DNA from: an uncultured Alphaproteobacteria bacterium
Lineage (GTDB): Bacteria > Pseudomonadota > Alphaproteobacteria > HIMB59 > GCA-002718135
Direction: 5' to 3'
Assembly: GCA_902572735.1 (NCBI GenBank)
Contig: CACGGX010000004.1
Location: forward strand, 7,743 to 71,742
DNA length: 64,000 nt
A program made the position numbers and the translations under genes. Positions within the stretch are counted from its first letter, which is position 1. Every line of letters begins with the position of its first letter. The notes beneath the pieces are model-generated. The model did no database searches. It saw only the letters and a list, made by a program, of their open reading frames with translations, and was not told where the DNA came from. Positions 43,165 through 52,726 of this stretch are shown here, piece after piece.

Positions 43165-44841
43165 ATGAAAATTAACATTTTTTACCTACTATCTAAGATT
43201 AGCATTATTTTAATAAGCTTATTATGTATTTTATCTATTCTATTATTTTATAATAATGCAGTTACTTTAAATTCTTTATATATACTCATTTCTGTATTCA
43301 TTATTGGTTCTGTAATACAACTAAACAAATTAAAGAAATTTACACGAGTACTATTTACTATCATTATACTTCCTATTTTATCATATCTAATGGTAAATTT
43401 TTCCTATGATATAGTTATTCAAAAGGAATTTTTTTTAATTAATGAAACAGTAAGAAACCTTACAGATAAAATCTTACTGATAACTTTATATTTTATTCCA
43501 TCAATATTCATAATGATGTTTTATAAATACGAAGTATTATCACTAAATGATAAATCAGGAACAACAATACCTGAAATAATAACATTTCTTTTTCAGTTTT
43601 TATTATTTGCGATACCTGCATTTTTAGTTTTATCCTTTGTTTTTAATTTAGAACTTACAAGTATTCTTGCTGCAGGTGGTATAGTTTTTGCTGCTATTGC
43701 ACTTTCTTTACAATCAAGCTTATCAGATTTAATTAAAGGAATTTTTGTAAATATTGAAAGACCATTTGCAATAAATGACTGGATTACTGTTGATGATAAA
43801 ACAGGTTATGTAGAAAATATTACCTGGAGAAGTACAAGGATAAGGACATTTCAGAATACTGAAGTAATCATTCCAAATGAAATCGTCGCAGATTCAATTT
43901 TAACTAATTGGAGCAAACAAGATAAAGAAAAAATGAGTGAAGGATTTCATATTTTTAATAAACTATATTTTCATCCCTCTCATGATCCAGAAAATATTTC
44001 AAAGTTACTTTATAATGCTCTTAAAAAAGCTAAACCAGTTGATGGAAGAGAGCAATTAAATTTACAGTGGGTTCGTTTTATAGGTGCTAATGAGTTTGGA
44101 TTAGAATTTGTTGTTGCTTTTGATTGCACAAAAAGGATTTTAAAAAATTCGATGCAAGATAGTGTTATGATGGAAATACATAAAACTTTAAGACATGCAG
44201 GCGTTCAAATGTCAGCGGGTAAACTTTATGGAAAACTTGAAGAAGATACTGGACTACATGCTCTTGACACGCACAGAAGTCGAGAGGATTTTGAAAAAAG
44301 ACAGGTTAGTGAATTTAATCCTTATAATGAGTCAGTAAAAAATAGAGTCCTACTCCAAAAAATTCCTATTTTTATGTCTTTAAATTCTGAAGATTTAGAT
44401 GAAATTGCTGAAAATGCAGAAAGACTCCATTTTGAAAAAGATGATTACATTATTAAACAAAATGATTCTGGAGATTCTCTCTATGTTATAAATGATGGAG
44501 TAGTATCTGTTTACTTAGATAATGAAAATAAAGATAAAGATAAAGTATTTTTAGCTAAACTTGGTGTTGGGGACTTTGTTGGTGAAGGAAGTCTTCTTAC
44601 TGGTGAACCTAGGTCTGCTAATGTTATAGCTGAAACTCCTTGCATAGTTATAAAAGTAAGCAAGGATATAATAAAAGATATATTTTCTAAAAATCCTAAT
44701 GTGTATGATTATGTTGCAAATATATTAGCTCAAAGAAAGTTAAAACTTGATAAGAAAAAAAATGAAAGTCAATTAACTAAAGATGAAAATAAAAATCTTG
44801 TTAATGATATTAAAAATGCAATAATAAATTTTTTAAAATAG
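43165..44841 (+). CDS. MscS-family mechanosensitive channel fused to a C-terminal cyclic-nucleotide-binding domain
   Basis: 558 aa. It has several N-terminal TMs and the MscS pore/beta domain (LSDLIKGIFVNIERPFAINDWITVDDKTGYVENITWRSTRIRTFQNTEVIIPNE). The C-terminal cNMP-binding signature is GDFVGEGSLLTGEPRSANVIA. Confidence 0.85.
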   Translation: MKINIFYLLSKISIILISLLCILSILLFYNNAVTLNSLYILISVFIIGSVIQLNKLKKFTRVLFTIIILPILSYLMVNFSYDIVIQKEFFLINETVRNLTDKILLITLYFIPSIFIMMFYKYEVLSLNDKSGTTIPEIITFLFQFLLFAIPAFLVLSFVFNLELTSILAAGGIVFAAIALSLQSSLSDLIKGIFVNIERPFAINDWITVDDKTGYVENITWRSTRIRTFQNTEVIIPNEIVADSILTNWSKQDKEKMSEGFHIFNKLYFHPSHDPENISKLLYNALKKAKPVDGREQLNLQWVRFIGANEFGLEFVVAFDCTKRILKNSMQDSVMMEIHKTLRHAGVQMSAGKLYGKLEEDTGLHALDTHRSREDFEKRQVSEFNPYNESVKNRVLLQKIPIFMSLNSEDLDEIAENAERLHFEKDDYIIKQNDSGDSLYVINDGVVSVYLDNENKDKDKVFLAKLGVGDFVGEGSLLTGEPRSANVIAETPCIVIKVSKDIIKDIFSKNPNVYDYVANILAQRKLKLDKKKNESQLTKDENKNLVNDIKNAIINFLK

Positions 44842-44851
44842 TATAATTCCC

Positions 44852-46138
44852 CTACTCTTCATCAATTTCTTTACTAAAATCTTCTTGTAGTTTTTTTAAT
44901 TCTTTCATTGCAGCCTTCATATCAGAACTATCAAATATTTGAATATCCACGTGATTACCTTTTTTCGAATATGATTTTTTTGTTTTGCTATTTTTTTTAT
45001 TTTTAAAATCAATTACCTTGTAAGTTTTAACAGGTCTTACAAAACCTTTAGGGGTTATTTCTTTATACTCTTCGCAGTTTATTTGATTTTTAACTAAATT
45101 ATATGTTACATCAGAAATAATAATTTCATTTTCAGGAGCAATGGATTGCAATCTAGAAGCTAAATTTACAGAAGAACCTATTGCTGTATAATCACTCATT
45201 ACACTAGATCCAAAATCACCAACATTTGCAAAACCTGAAGAGATACCATATCTTACCTTTAATCCACCTTTAACACCCTGTCTGATCCAGAAAGATTGTA
45301 ATTCTTTAACTCGTTCTGTCATTTCTAAAGCCATGCTTATACAATTAATAGCATCATTCTCATCTCCTAGTGTTTCTGGAGCGCCATGAAAGGAAAGAAT
45401 TGCATCACCTATAAATTTATCAATTGTAGCATTTGAATTTATTGCAATTAAACTCATTTCACTTAGATAATTATTTAAGATTAAAGCAAGTTTTTCTGCT
45501 TCTAATGAATCAGATAAATCTGTAAAATTTACAATATCAGAGAAAAATATTGTTAAATTTTTTCTTACATAGTTCTCTTTTGTTTTTTTACCTGACTCTT
45601 CTTCATCAAAAATAGACTTATATACTTGTGGTGATAGATATTTTGATAACCTATTAGCAATATTTTCTAATCTTTTAGTTTTTTCTTCAATCAATTCTCT
45701 ATCTTTTAATTTTTGATCAAGTAATTCTTCCTTCTCCCTTCGAAGATTATATTCGTCTGTTCGATCAACAAATTGCCCTTGAATACCATTTAAAAAAGGG
45801 AAATCTTTGTTTTCAGTATAAGCAGAAAGTAAAGAATATACTTTTATTTCATCACCAATTTTAATTTCTATTTTAGGGATAATAACGAAACCAATTTTTT
45901 CTAAATTTTGTTTAAAATTTTTAATATATTCATCCCCAACTCCAAGTTGTTCTAAAATACTAGTAAAAGGAATATTATTGACAGTTTTAAGAATTGGAAA
46001 AAATTTTTTAAAATTTTTATTTACTCGCAAAACTTCTAAGTTTCGGTTAGCAAAATAAGCTGCAGTGACAGCATTAGAGAAATTAAAAAAGCTTAAATCT
46101 ATGACAGTTTTTTCGTCAAAAAACTTATCAAGTTTCAT
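44852..46138 (-). CDS. Class III adenylate/guanylate cyclase with an N-terminal sensor-like domain
   Basis: 428 aa. The C-terminal catalytic core is LTIFFSDIVNFTDLSDSL...IDKFIGDAILSFHGAPE...VRYGISSGFANVGDFGS...DYTAIGSSVNLASRLQS. The N-terminal ~170 aa are uncharacterised and are followed by a coiled-coil linker. Confidence 0.85.
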   Translation of the reverse strand: MKLDKFFDEKTVIDLSFFNFSNAVTAAYFANRNLEVLRVNKNFKKFFPILKTVNNIPFTSILEQLGVGDEYIKNFKQNLEKIGFVIIPKIEIKIGDEIKVYSLLSAYTENKDFPFLNGIQGQFVDRTDEYNLRREKEELLDQKLKDRELIEEKTKRLENIANRLSKYLSPQVYKSIFDEEESGKKTKENYVRKNLTIFFSDIVNFTDLSDSLEAEKLALILNNYLSEMSLIAINSNATIDKFIGDAILSFHGAPETLGDENDAINCISMALEMTERVKELQSFWIRQGVKGGLKVRYGISSGFANVGDFGSSVMSDYTAIGSSVNLASRLQSIAPENEIIISDVTYNLVKNQINCEEYKEITPKGFVRPVKTYKVIDFKNKKNSKTKKSYSKKGNHVDIQIFDSSDMKAAMKELKKLQEDFSKEIDEE

Positions 46139-46149
46139 TTTTTATTTAA

Positions 46150-46668
46150 TTATGGGTGATGTTTAGTAATTCCGCTAATATAATCCATTATTGCTATAAC
46201 TAATCCTGATAAAATAAATACAGCATGAATAAATATCATTAAGTAAATTTCTTCTGATGTTTTTGAACCAACATCAATAAAAGCTTCTAGCAAACCAATA
46301 CTTGAAATAGCTACTATTGAAGCAATAAGTTTTAATTTTAAACCTGAAAAATCTAGTTTACCCATCCACTCTGGCTTATCTTCAGATTGATTTGCAATAT
46401 CAATTTTTGAAACAAAATTTTCATATCCAGCAAATATAACCATTAAAACTAAATTTCCTACAAGTGCCAAGTCAACAATATGTAATACAAAGACAAGAAG
46501 TTCATTTAAAGTTAAGTCGTTTAAGTGTGTGATTTCATAAATAAATAATGCAATAACTTTGTATGTAATAACAAGTAGAGTAAGACATAGAGCAACATAA
46601 ACAGGAGCTAACGCCCATCTGCTCGAAAACATTGCTCTTTCAAGTAATCCTTCAAAAACTCTACGCAT
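46150..46668 (-). CDS. YqhA-family (UPF0114) membrane protein
   Basis: 172 aa. The N-terminus FEGLLERAMFSSRWALAPVYVALCLTLL matches the UPF0114/YqhA family signature. Four TMs. Confidence 0.7.
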   Translation of the reverse strand: MRRVFEGLLERAMFSSRWALAPVYVALCLTLLVITYKVIALFIYEITHLNDLTLNELLVFVLHIVDLALVGNLVLMVIFAGYENFVSKIDIANQSEDKPEWMGKLDFSGLKLKLIASIVAISSIGLLEAFIDVGSKTSEEIYLMIFIHAVFILSGLVIAIMDYISGITKHHP

Positions 46669-46712
46669 AAATAATAAGTAATTTTTAAATAATATTTGTC
46701 AATTAAATTTTA

Positions 46713-47633
46713 CTATTTACCCCATTTATAAGTAAGTAAATCATATCTTTTTGCAAAATTTAATAATAAATTTTTTGTATCTTGATCTAAGGGTTTAATA
46801 GGATCTCTGCAAAAATCTGATTTTATTACCCCACCCTCTTTCATTACTGTTTTTGTGGCTCTGAAACCACATTGTCTATTTTCAAAATTTATCAAAGGAA
46901 GAATACCATTATAGACTTCTTCAGCTTTATCTTTTTCATTATTCCAAAAATGATCAATTACAGGCGCAATTTTTTCTGGAAGTAATGCTGAACTCATACT
47001 GCCAGAAATTCCAGCTTCTAAGTCTGCATACAAAGTAATACTTTCTTCTCCATCAAAAGGTGCATCTAATCTAGAACTACAGTTCTTAATAAGTGCTCTT
47101 ATTTTTGATGCTGCGTTAGCACTTTCAATTTTAAAACATGTTAAATATTCAATTTCATTAATCATTTTGGTAAGAAGAGGTACTGAAAGTTCAATTCCAG
47201 ATAAAGGTGCGTCTTGTATCATAATTGGTATTCCAACTTTAGAAATTTCATTAAACTGTTCAAATATTTGATCAGGATTACCTTTTAACAATGCACCATG
47301 ATAAGGCGGCATCATCATTATAATATCTGCTTCCAGTGATTTTGCTAATTCTGCTCGAGGGCGTACAATATCAGTGGCGAAATGAGAAACAGTAACAATT
47401 GTTTTAACTCTACCATCAATTTTTTTCATACAAAGTTTTGTTAATTTTTCTCTTTCTTCATCTGAAATTAAAAATTGCTCAGAATAATTTGCTAAGATAC
47501 AAATACCTTCAACTTTTTGATCCACCATACAATCAATTACTCTATCCATTCCTTCATAATCAACTTCACCATTATCATGAAATGGTGTTGGAGCAACTGG
47601 CCACATACCATGGTATTTATATTTGTTATTCAT
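46713..47633 (-). CDS. DHDPS/NAL (DapA) family class I aldolase/dehydratase
   Basis: 306 aa. It has a TIM-barrel DapA-like pattern, with P.TPF......D at the N-terminus (VAPTPFHDNGEVDYEGM). The Schiff-base Lys is probably in FKIES. The length is typical of the family. Confidence 0.7.
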   Translation of the reverse strand: MNNKYKYHGMWPVAPTPFHDNGEVDYEGMDRVIDCMVDQKVEGICILANYSEQFLISDEEREKLTKLCMKKIDGRVKTIVTVSHFATDIVRPRAELAKSLEADIIMMMPPYHGALLKGNPDQIFEQFNEISKVGIPIMIQDAPLSGIELSVPLLTKMINEIEYLTCFKIESANAASKIRALIKNCSSRLDAPFDGEESITLYADLEAGISGSMSSALLPEKIAPVIDHFWNNEKDKAEEVYNGILPLINFENRQCGFRATKTVMKEGGVIKSDFCRDPIKPLDQDTKNLLLNFAKRYDLLTYKWGK

Positions 47634-47684
47634 TTCTTTAAGATCTTATAGAAACTTTGAGTCAATTTTAAAAGCTTTAATTAT

Positions 47685-48455
47685 TTATTTTTTTTTATTA
47701 AGGTTGTTGATAATTTTTGCAATTTCAATACTTATCTCTTCCGTGCCAAATTTATTAAAATGACAATTATCAAACCGGTAATTAATATCTAAATTATCGG
47801 TAACTTTTGTTACATAGACTTTATCTCTTTGTGCTAATTTCTTTTGTTGATTATTAAGAACATAATCTCTTTTGTTTCCACAAAAAGATGTTTGTGTAAT
47901 TATCCATTTTGCTTCTTGTATTTTTTTATCCAAAATACCAGAGAACAAATTATTACGAAAAATGTTAAACTCCTTAATATAATCAACATCAGTATTATTG
48001 TCGCTTTCACCTTGTATCCATATTAAATATTTTAAACGATGTATTTTTAAAAGATCTTTTAAATTTTTTTTTACATATTTTACCAACATGCTATCAGGAT
48101 GTGACCAATCATATATTGATGTACCGCCCCATCCATTTGTTAGAAAAATATATGGTTTTTTTGATTTTAATTTTGCAGCTATTGCTGGCGCTACAGAATC
48201 TTTGTCACCATCAGCCCCAAGTACAGGATTAGACAAGTGATAAAATTTTTTATTAAAATAATTTAAATGTTTAGATTTAGAATATTCATTACTTAATACT
48301 GAATTAGACGAATTAGATTGTCCAAATAAAACGATAATATCTCTTTGAGAAGACACCTTGATTATAGTTTTATTTTTATTAGGTTGAATTCTCTCTCTAG
48401 AAGGGAAATTTTTACCCTTCTTAGATTGAGAGGTTTTTATTCTTTTTTGTAACAC
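47685..48455 (-). CDS. SGNH/SASA-type carbohydrate esterase (sialate O-acetylesterase-like, DUF303)
   Basis: 256 aa. The ordered motifs IIVLFGQSNSSN, GWGGTSIYDW, IWIQGESD and D.CHF are typical of the SASA-domain esterase family. Confidence 0.65.
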   Translation of the reverse strand: MLQKRIKTSQSKKGKNFPSRERIQPNKNKTIIKVSSQRDIIVLFGQSNSSNSVLSNEYSKSKHLNYFNKKFYHLSNPVLGADGDKDSVAPAIAAKLKSKKPYIFLTNGWGGTSIYDWSHPDSMLVKYVKKNLKDLLKIHRLKYLIWIQGESDNNTDVDYIKEFNIFRNNLFSGILDKKIQEAKWIITQTSFCGNKRDYVLNNQQKKLAQRDKVYVTKVTDNLDINYRFDNCHFNKFGTEEISIEIAKIINNLNKKK

Positions 48456-48473
48456 AAAGATTTATTTAATTTT

Positions 48474-50306
48474 TTACTGAATATACCCTTTTTTTAGTTT
48501 TAGAGATTTATCTTTAAATATTTTCTTAATCTTATTCATATTAAATTTTGTTTTTCTATCGTAAAGATAAACTCCATTAGTTTCTTGCTCCACATCAGTT
48601 AGTTGTGTGTAACAAAATCCTTGGATGTGTTTTGTTTTTAAAACTACTTCAGTTAAGCTATCCATACGATCATAAACTTCTTGAATTGACTTAGGTCTCA
48701 CGTGGTCTCCGTGACCCCAAGAAAAAAATTTATCTCTTAGATTTAAAGGAAGCCACCAAGCTCCTCCATATTCATCGATTATATAAGGTTGATTTTTATA
48801 GGATGTTTCAAACTTTGGAAAATTTCTATAAACTCCTTTTTTTGGATTTAAAGCTTGCATTAATTTATCAGGTTTTGGTTCATAGTGATGAACTGTCCAA
48901 ATATCTGTTTTCTGATGTTGATACCCACTTGTTTCATTAACTGGTCTTGTTGGGTCAATTTTCTTAGTTACATCATATGCTAAACGCATTAATTTTTTAT
49001 GTTGAGCATTACATTCCAAAGTATTTGTTTCATTAAAAGGAGTCCATGTAATGATTGATGGATGATTTTTTAAATGCTCCACTATTTTTGGCCATTCATG
49101 CATAAAAGCAGTCTCGGTACCTTTTGCATTTTCGTTTGCTCCCCAATTACCCCACTCAGCCCATGTTATGTAGCCTAATTTATCAGCCCAATAATGAAAA
49201 CGATCTTCAAATACCTTTTCATGTAACCTGGCTCCATTAAAACCAGCCTTCATTGATAAAATAATATCATTTTTTAGAGCTTTATCAGTTGGCGCTGTCC
49301 AAATTCCATCTGGGTAAAATCCCTGATCTAAAACCAATCTTTGATAGAGAGGTTTATTATTGAGATATACTTTATTTTTCTTCACTTCTATAGAGCGCAT
49401 TCCTCCATAACTCTTAACTCTATCTAAAGTTTTGTTATTTTTTTCACTTATTAAAGTAAAAACAAAATCATAAAGGTTTGGTTGCTCAATAGACCACAAC
49501 TTTGGTTTTGGAATTTTAATTTTTATTTTTTTTACTTTTGTATTGAAAATAGAAGAAGATATTTTTTTATTTTTAAATGTAATATCAACCTTAAAATTAT
49601 CATTTAGATTTTCTGAAAAATCAGGTGTGAATTCAAAACATGAACTTTTTAAATTTGGAACAATTGAAACACTCTTTATATGTTTTTTATCAGCAGCTTC
49701 TAACCAAACAGTTTGCCATATTCCTGTTGTTCTAGTGTAAACACATTGATATGAATCTTTGAATGTAGACTGCTTACCTCTAGGTTGCGTTCTACGCTTA
49801 TCTAAATGCCATTTTTTTGCTATCGCTATTTTTTTAGGTGTAAATCTACCTTTATACCAAGGAGAAGGGTTCATACTTCCTGGACAACGCTCGTCTATAA
49901 CATAAACAATCAAATCATTATTTTTATTAAAATTTACTGCCTTTGAAATATCGAGAGAGAAAGGTGCTTGACCCCCTATATTTGAACCAACTTTAATTTT
50001 GTTTACAAATACATCACACTTATAATCAACTCCACCAAAATGAATAAATATTTTTTTATCTTTCCAATTATTATTTAATTTAAAAATTTTATGATACCAA
50101 ACTTCTTGCATGAAATCAGTATTTCCAATACCTGATAATTTACTTTCAGGACAAAAAGGTACATTAATTTTTTTTGAAAACTTTTTTGAATTTAATTTAG
50201 ATTTTTTAAAACCTTTAATATTTTTTGAATATTCACAAGTCCAAACTCCATTTAAGTTTAACCAATCTTTTCTTACAAACTGTGGTCTTGGATGTTCTTT
50301 TCTCAT
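48474..50306 (-). CDS. Glycoside hydrolase family 2 protein
   Basis: 610 aa. It has an N-terminal sugar-binding jelly-roll (WLNLNGVW..., VWYHK, HFGGVDY), an Ig-like domain and a TIM barrel with GFNGARLHEKV. The acid/base region is ITWTPFNET. Confidence 0.75.
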   Translation of the reverse strand: MRKEHPRPQFVRKDWLNLNGVWTCEYSKNIKGFKKSKLNSKKFSKKINVPFCPESKLSGIGNTDFMQEVWYHKIFKLNNNWKDKKIFIHFGGVDYKCDVFVNKIKVGSNIGGQAPFSLDISKAVNFNKNNDLIVYVIDERCPGSMNPSPWYKGRFTPKKIAIAKKWHLDKRRTQPRGKQSTFKDSYQCVYTRTTGIWQTVWLEAADKKHIKSVSIVPNLKSSCFEFTPDFSENLNDNFKVDITFKNKKISSSIFNTKVKKIKIKIPKPKLWSIEQPNLYDFVFTLISEKNNKTLDRVKSYGGMRSIEVKKNKVYLNNKPLYQRLVLDQGFYPDGIWTAPTDKALKNDIILSMKAGFNGARLHEKVFEDRFHYWADKLGYITWAEWGNWGANENAKGTETAFMHEWPKIVEHLKNHPSIITWTPFNETNTLECNAQHKKLMRLAYDVTKKIDPTRPVNETSGYQHQKTDIWTVHHYEPKPDKLMQALNPKKGVYRNFPKFETSYKNQPYIIDEYGGAWWLPLNLRDKFFSWGHGDHVRPKSIQEVYDRMDSLTEVVLKTKHIQGFCYTQLTDVEQETNGVYLYDRKTKFNMNKIKKIFKDKSLKLKKGYIQ

Positions 50307-50325
50307 AATTCCTATCTTTCTTTAT

Positions 50326-50357
50326 CAAAAAAATGGAGGTGTAAAAAACACCTCCAT
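50326..50357 (-). terminator. Rho-independent terminator or attenuator after the solute-binding protein gene
   Basis: ATGGAGGTGT (50333-50342) and ACACCTCCAT (50348-50357) form a 10-bp perfect stem with a 5-nt loop. On the minus strand it is followed by a U-run (plus-strand A-run 50327-50332). It sits between the SBP stop (50372) and the GH2 start (50306). Confidence 0.75.
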
Positions 50358-50371
50358 TATATAAAAGGAAA

Positions 50372-51616
50372 CTAACGAAGTAATTTCTTTAATTGATTAT
50401 TTGCAGACTTAAGACCTGAGTCTATGTCTTTCTCACCAAGCATTATAGCTCCAATTTCTGTGTCCAATAACTGAACAATAGCTCCATAATTTATGGAATG
50501 CGGCGTATCAGTCATTATATCGGCTGTAGATGCATACTCAGTTCTATGTGGCAAATTCAAATATGCATCACTGTTAATAACAGATGATCTATAAGACATG
50601 TGACCAGTTCTTGACCAATCAATACTGTGATCCCACATAAACTTTGCTAACTTCATAACAGCATCGTATTTTTCAGGACTTGAAGATTTTAGTGATGCTG
50701 GAATTGACCACATATGTGAGTCAGCCCATGTTGCTCCCTTATCATAAATTGTTGGCATAGACCCAACATAGTAATTGAAGTCAACATTCTGAGAATAATA
50801 ATCTACAACCCATGTACCATTATATAAAATACATGCATTACCATCCATCCAGAATTTTTCTGCACTACCATAATCAAGTTCAGGTTGGTAAGAACCTGCT
50901 GCTTTAAGATCAAGATAAAGATTTATTACATTTCTCACTTCATCAGTATCAAGAGTTGCTTTTTTTCCATCAAAGAAATTAGAATTTTGCTGCCATGTTA
51001 GACTATAAATAGCTCTAGTCATACCACTTGTTAAATAATCAGCTCCTACAGCTTTACATGCACTTGCATGTTCTAACATTTCTTCAGGACTAGTAGGATA
51101 AATTGGTTTTCCATCTTTGACTAATCCAGCTTTTGCCATAAGATCCATATTGGTATGGAACAATCCTGCATGAATATCAAGTGGCAAACCCCACATTCCG
51201 CCTTCATATGTTAAAGCATCCATCATCATTGGAACTATATCACTAGAGTCCATTCCATATTTCTCTAATTCACCACTTAAATCTGCAATAGCTCCAATTG
51301 AAGAGAATTGAGGAATACGGTGTCTATGCATGATATGGATATCAGGGGCACTATTGTCTGCATATCTTGTTTGAAGAATATTGTATGTTTGTCCCCAATC
51401 AAGAACTTCAGTATTAACATTAATATCAGGATTTTGTTCATCAAAAGCATTAATTATTGATTGAATAATACATGCCTCCCCTGATGTTGCCTTAGTATCA
51501 CTTCCTGCATCTTCACAATCACCAAAGAATCTTGCAATCGTAATATCTACAGCCGATGCACTGAAACTTAAAAGGGATAGGAATGATGCAAAAAATAGTA
51601 ATTTAATTTTTTTCAT
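50372..51616 (-). CDS. Carbohydrate ABC transporter substrate-binding protein (family 1)
   Basis: 414 aa with a signal peptide (LLFFASFLSLLSFSASA). The two-lobe SBP pattern is present, with W/Y-rich sugar-type motifs. A strong GGAGGA Shine-Dalgarno sequence lies 4 nt upstream. Confidence 0.8.
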   Translation of the reverse strand: MKKIKLLFFASFLSLLSFSASAVDITIARFFGDCEDAGSDTKATSGEACIIQSIINAFDEQNPDINVNTEVLDWGQTYNILQTRYADNSAPDIHIMHRHRIPQFSSIGAIADLSGELEKYGMDSSDIVPMMMDALTYEGGMWGLPLDIHAGLFHTNMDLMAKAGLVKDGKPIYPTSPEEMLEHASACKAVGADYLTSGMTRAIYSLTWQQNSNFFDGKKATLDTDEVRNVINLYLDLKAAGSYQPELDYGSAEKFWMDGNACILYNGTWVVDYYSQNVDFNYYVGSMPTIYDKGATWADSHMWSIPASLKSSSPEKYDAVMKLAKFMWDHSIDWSRTGHMSYRSSVINSDAYLNLPHRTEYASTADIMTDTPHSINYGAIVQLLDTEIGAIMLGEKDIDSGLKSANNQLKKLLR

Positions 51617-51630
51617 TTTTCCTCCATATT

Positions 51631-51646
51631 TACTAAACTTTTAGTA
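51631..51646. promoter_or_regulatory. Candidate LacI-family operator in the 5' leader of the SBP gene
   Basis: The 16-bp near-palindrome TACTAAAC|TTTTAGTA has 14 of 16 symmetric positions. It lies 15 nt upstream of the SBP start codon, in the divergent region shared with the LacI-family regulator gene. Confidence 0.35.
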
Positions 51647-51724
51647 TTTGTTTAGTTAATTTGCATTGAATTAAAAAATATTTCAAGTAAATTATTCATT
51701 TTTACCAACAAATTTTGATACAAA

Positions 51725-52726
51725 ATGAAAAAGAAAATCACATTAAGAGAAATAGCAAAACTTGCTAAAGTTAGTGCTGCAACAGCTTCAATAGTGCTTA
51801 ATGATAAAAAAAACCAAGGAATTTCTGAAAAAACATGGAAAAATGTCAAAAATATTGGAAAAAAATATAACTACAGTGGAAATAATAAAATTCGTAGACT
51901 TAATAAAAGAAAATTTATTTTTTTTATGGAGGAATTTTCTTACAACGAAAATGTTGCCAGTAAATTATTAGATGGTTTTAATGATTATGATTTAAAATCA
52001 CATCAATTTGTTTTTTTGTTCAATAAATTACTCGATAACAAAAAAAATATTTTTAAGGCAATAGAAGAATTTAAACCTGACGGTATAATTATTGCGAACA
52101 GTTACACAAAAAAAATAGAAATAAATTTAAATAATCTAAATTTAAGTAAAATATTATTAAATTGTTATAGTAATAATTTTAACGGCTTAACAATATTACC
52201 AGATGATTACAACGGGGCAAAAAAGGCCGTAAATTATCTTTTTCAAAATAACTTAAAGAAAATTCCGATAATATTATCAAGTGATACTTGGATGAAAGGT
52301 TATAGAGATAGATTATCAGGTTGGAGAGATGCGCATATAGAAAACAACATCGATTATAATGACAGCTTCATTGTTCAGCCGAAAAGTAATGAACAAAATG
52401 TAGGCTATATTGAAGCAAAAAAATTATTAAAAAAAAATAAAAAAATAGATGCTATCTTTTGTACATCTGATGAAATTGCTATGGGCTCATATCAAGCAAT
52501 AAAAGAAGCAGGATTTAAAATACCAAATGATATTTCAATTATTGGCTTTGATAATTCAAGAATAAGTGAGCTTGTTAAACCTAAGCTTACAAGTGTTCAA
52601 TTACCATATTCTGAAATGACACAAAAAGCCATTAAACACATAATTGATCCACAAAAATTTAATGATCACTTTAATATTTTAGTTGAGTCTCCATTAATTA
52701 AACGTGAATCTGTAAAGGGAAAATAA
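51725..52726 (+). CDS. LacI family transcriptional regulator
   Basis: The N-terminal HTH is ITLREIAKLAKVSAATASIVLND, followed by a periplasmic-binding-protein-like sugar-binding core. The stop overlaps the start of the next gene (TAATG). Confidence 0.85.
   Translation: MKKKITLREIAKLAKVSAATASIVLNDKKNQGISEKTWKNVKNIGKKYNYSGNNKIRRLNKRKFIFFMEEFSYNENVASKLLDGFNDYDLKSHQFVFLFNKLLDNKKNIFKAIEEFKPDGIIIANSYTKKIEINLNNLNLSKILLNCYSNNFNGLTILPDDYNGAKKAVNYLFQNNLKKIPIILSSDTWMKGYRDRLSGWRDAHIENNIDYNDSFIVQPKSNEQNVGYIEAKKLLKKNKKIDAIFCTSDEIAMGSYQAIKEAGFKIPNDISIIGFDNSRISELVKPKLTSVQLPYSEMTQKAIKHIIDPQKFNDHFNILVESPLIKRESVKGK

Noticed and set aside
50110-50364. 84-aa plus-strand ORF spanning the GH2 start and the SBP terminator
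   Set aside because: It is antisense to the conserved GH2 N-terminus and runs through the terminator hairpin. No motif is present, so it is most likely spurious.
51652-51849. 65-aa minus-strand ORF in the SBP/LacI divergent region
   Set aside because: It is antisense to the 5' end of the LacI-family gene, including its HTH coding region, and it spans the promoter spacer. The hydrophobic low-complexity translation is typical of AT-rich antisense frames.
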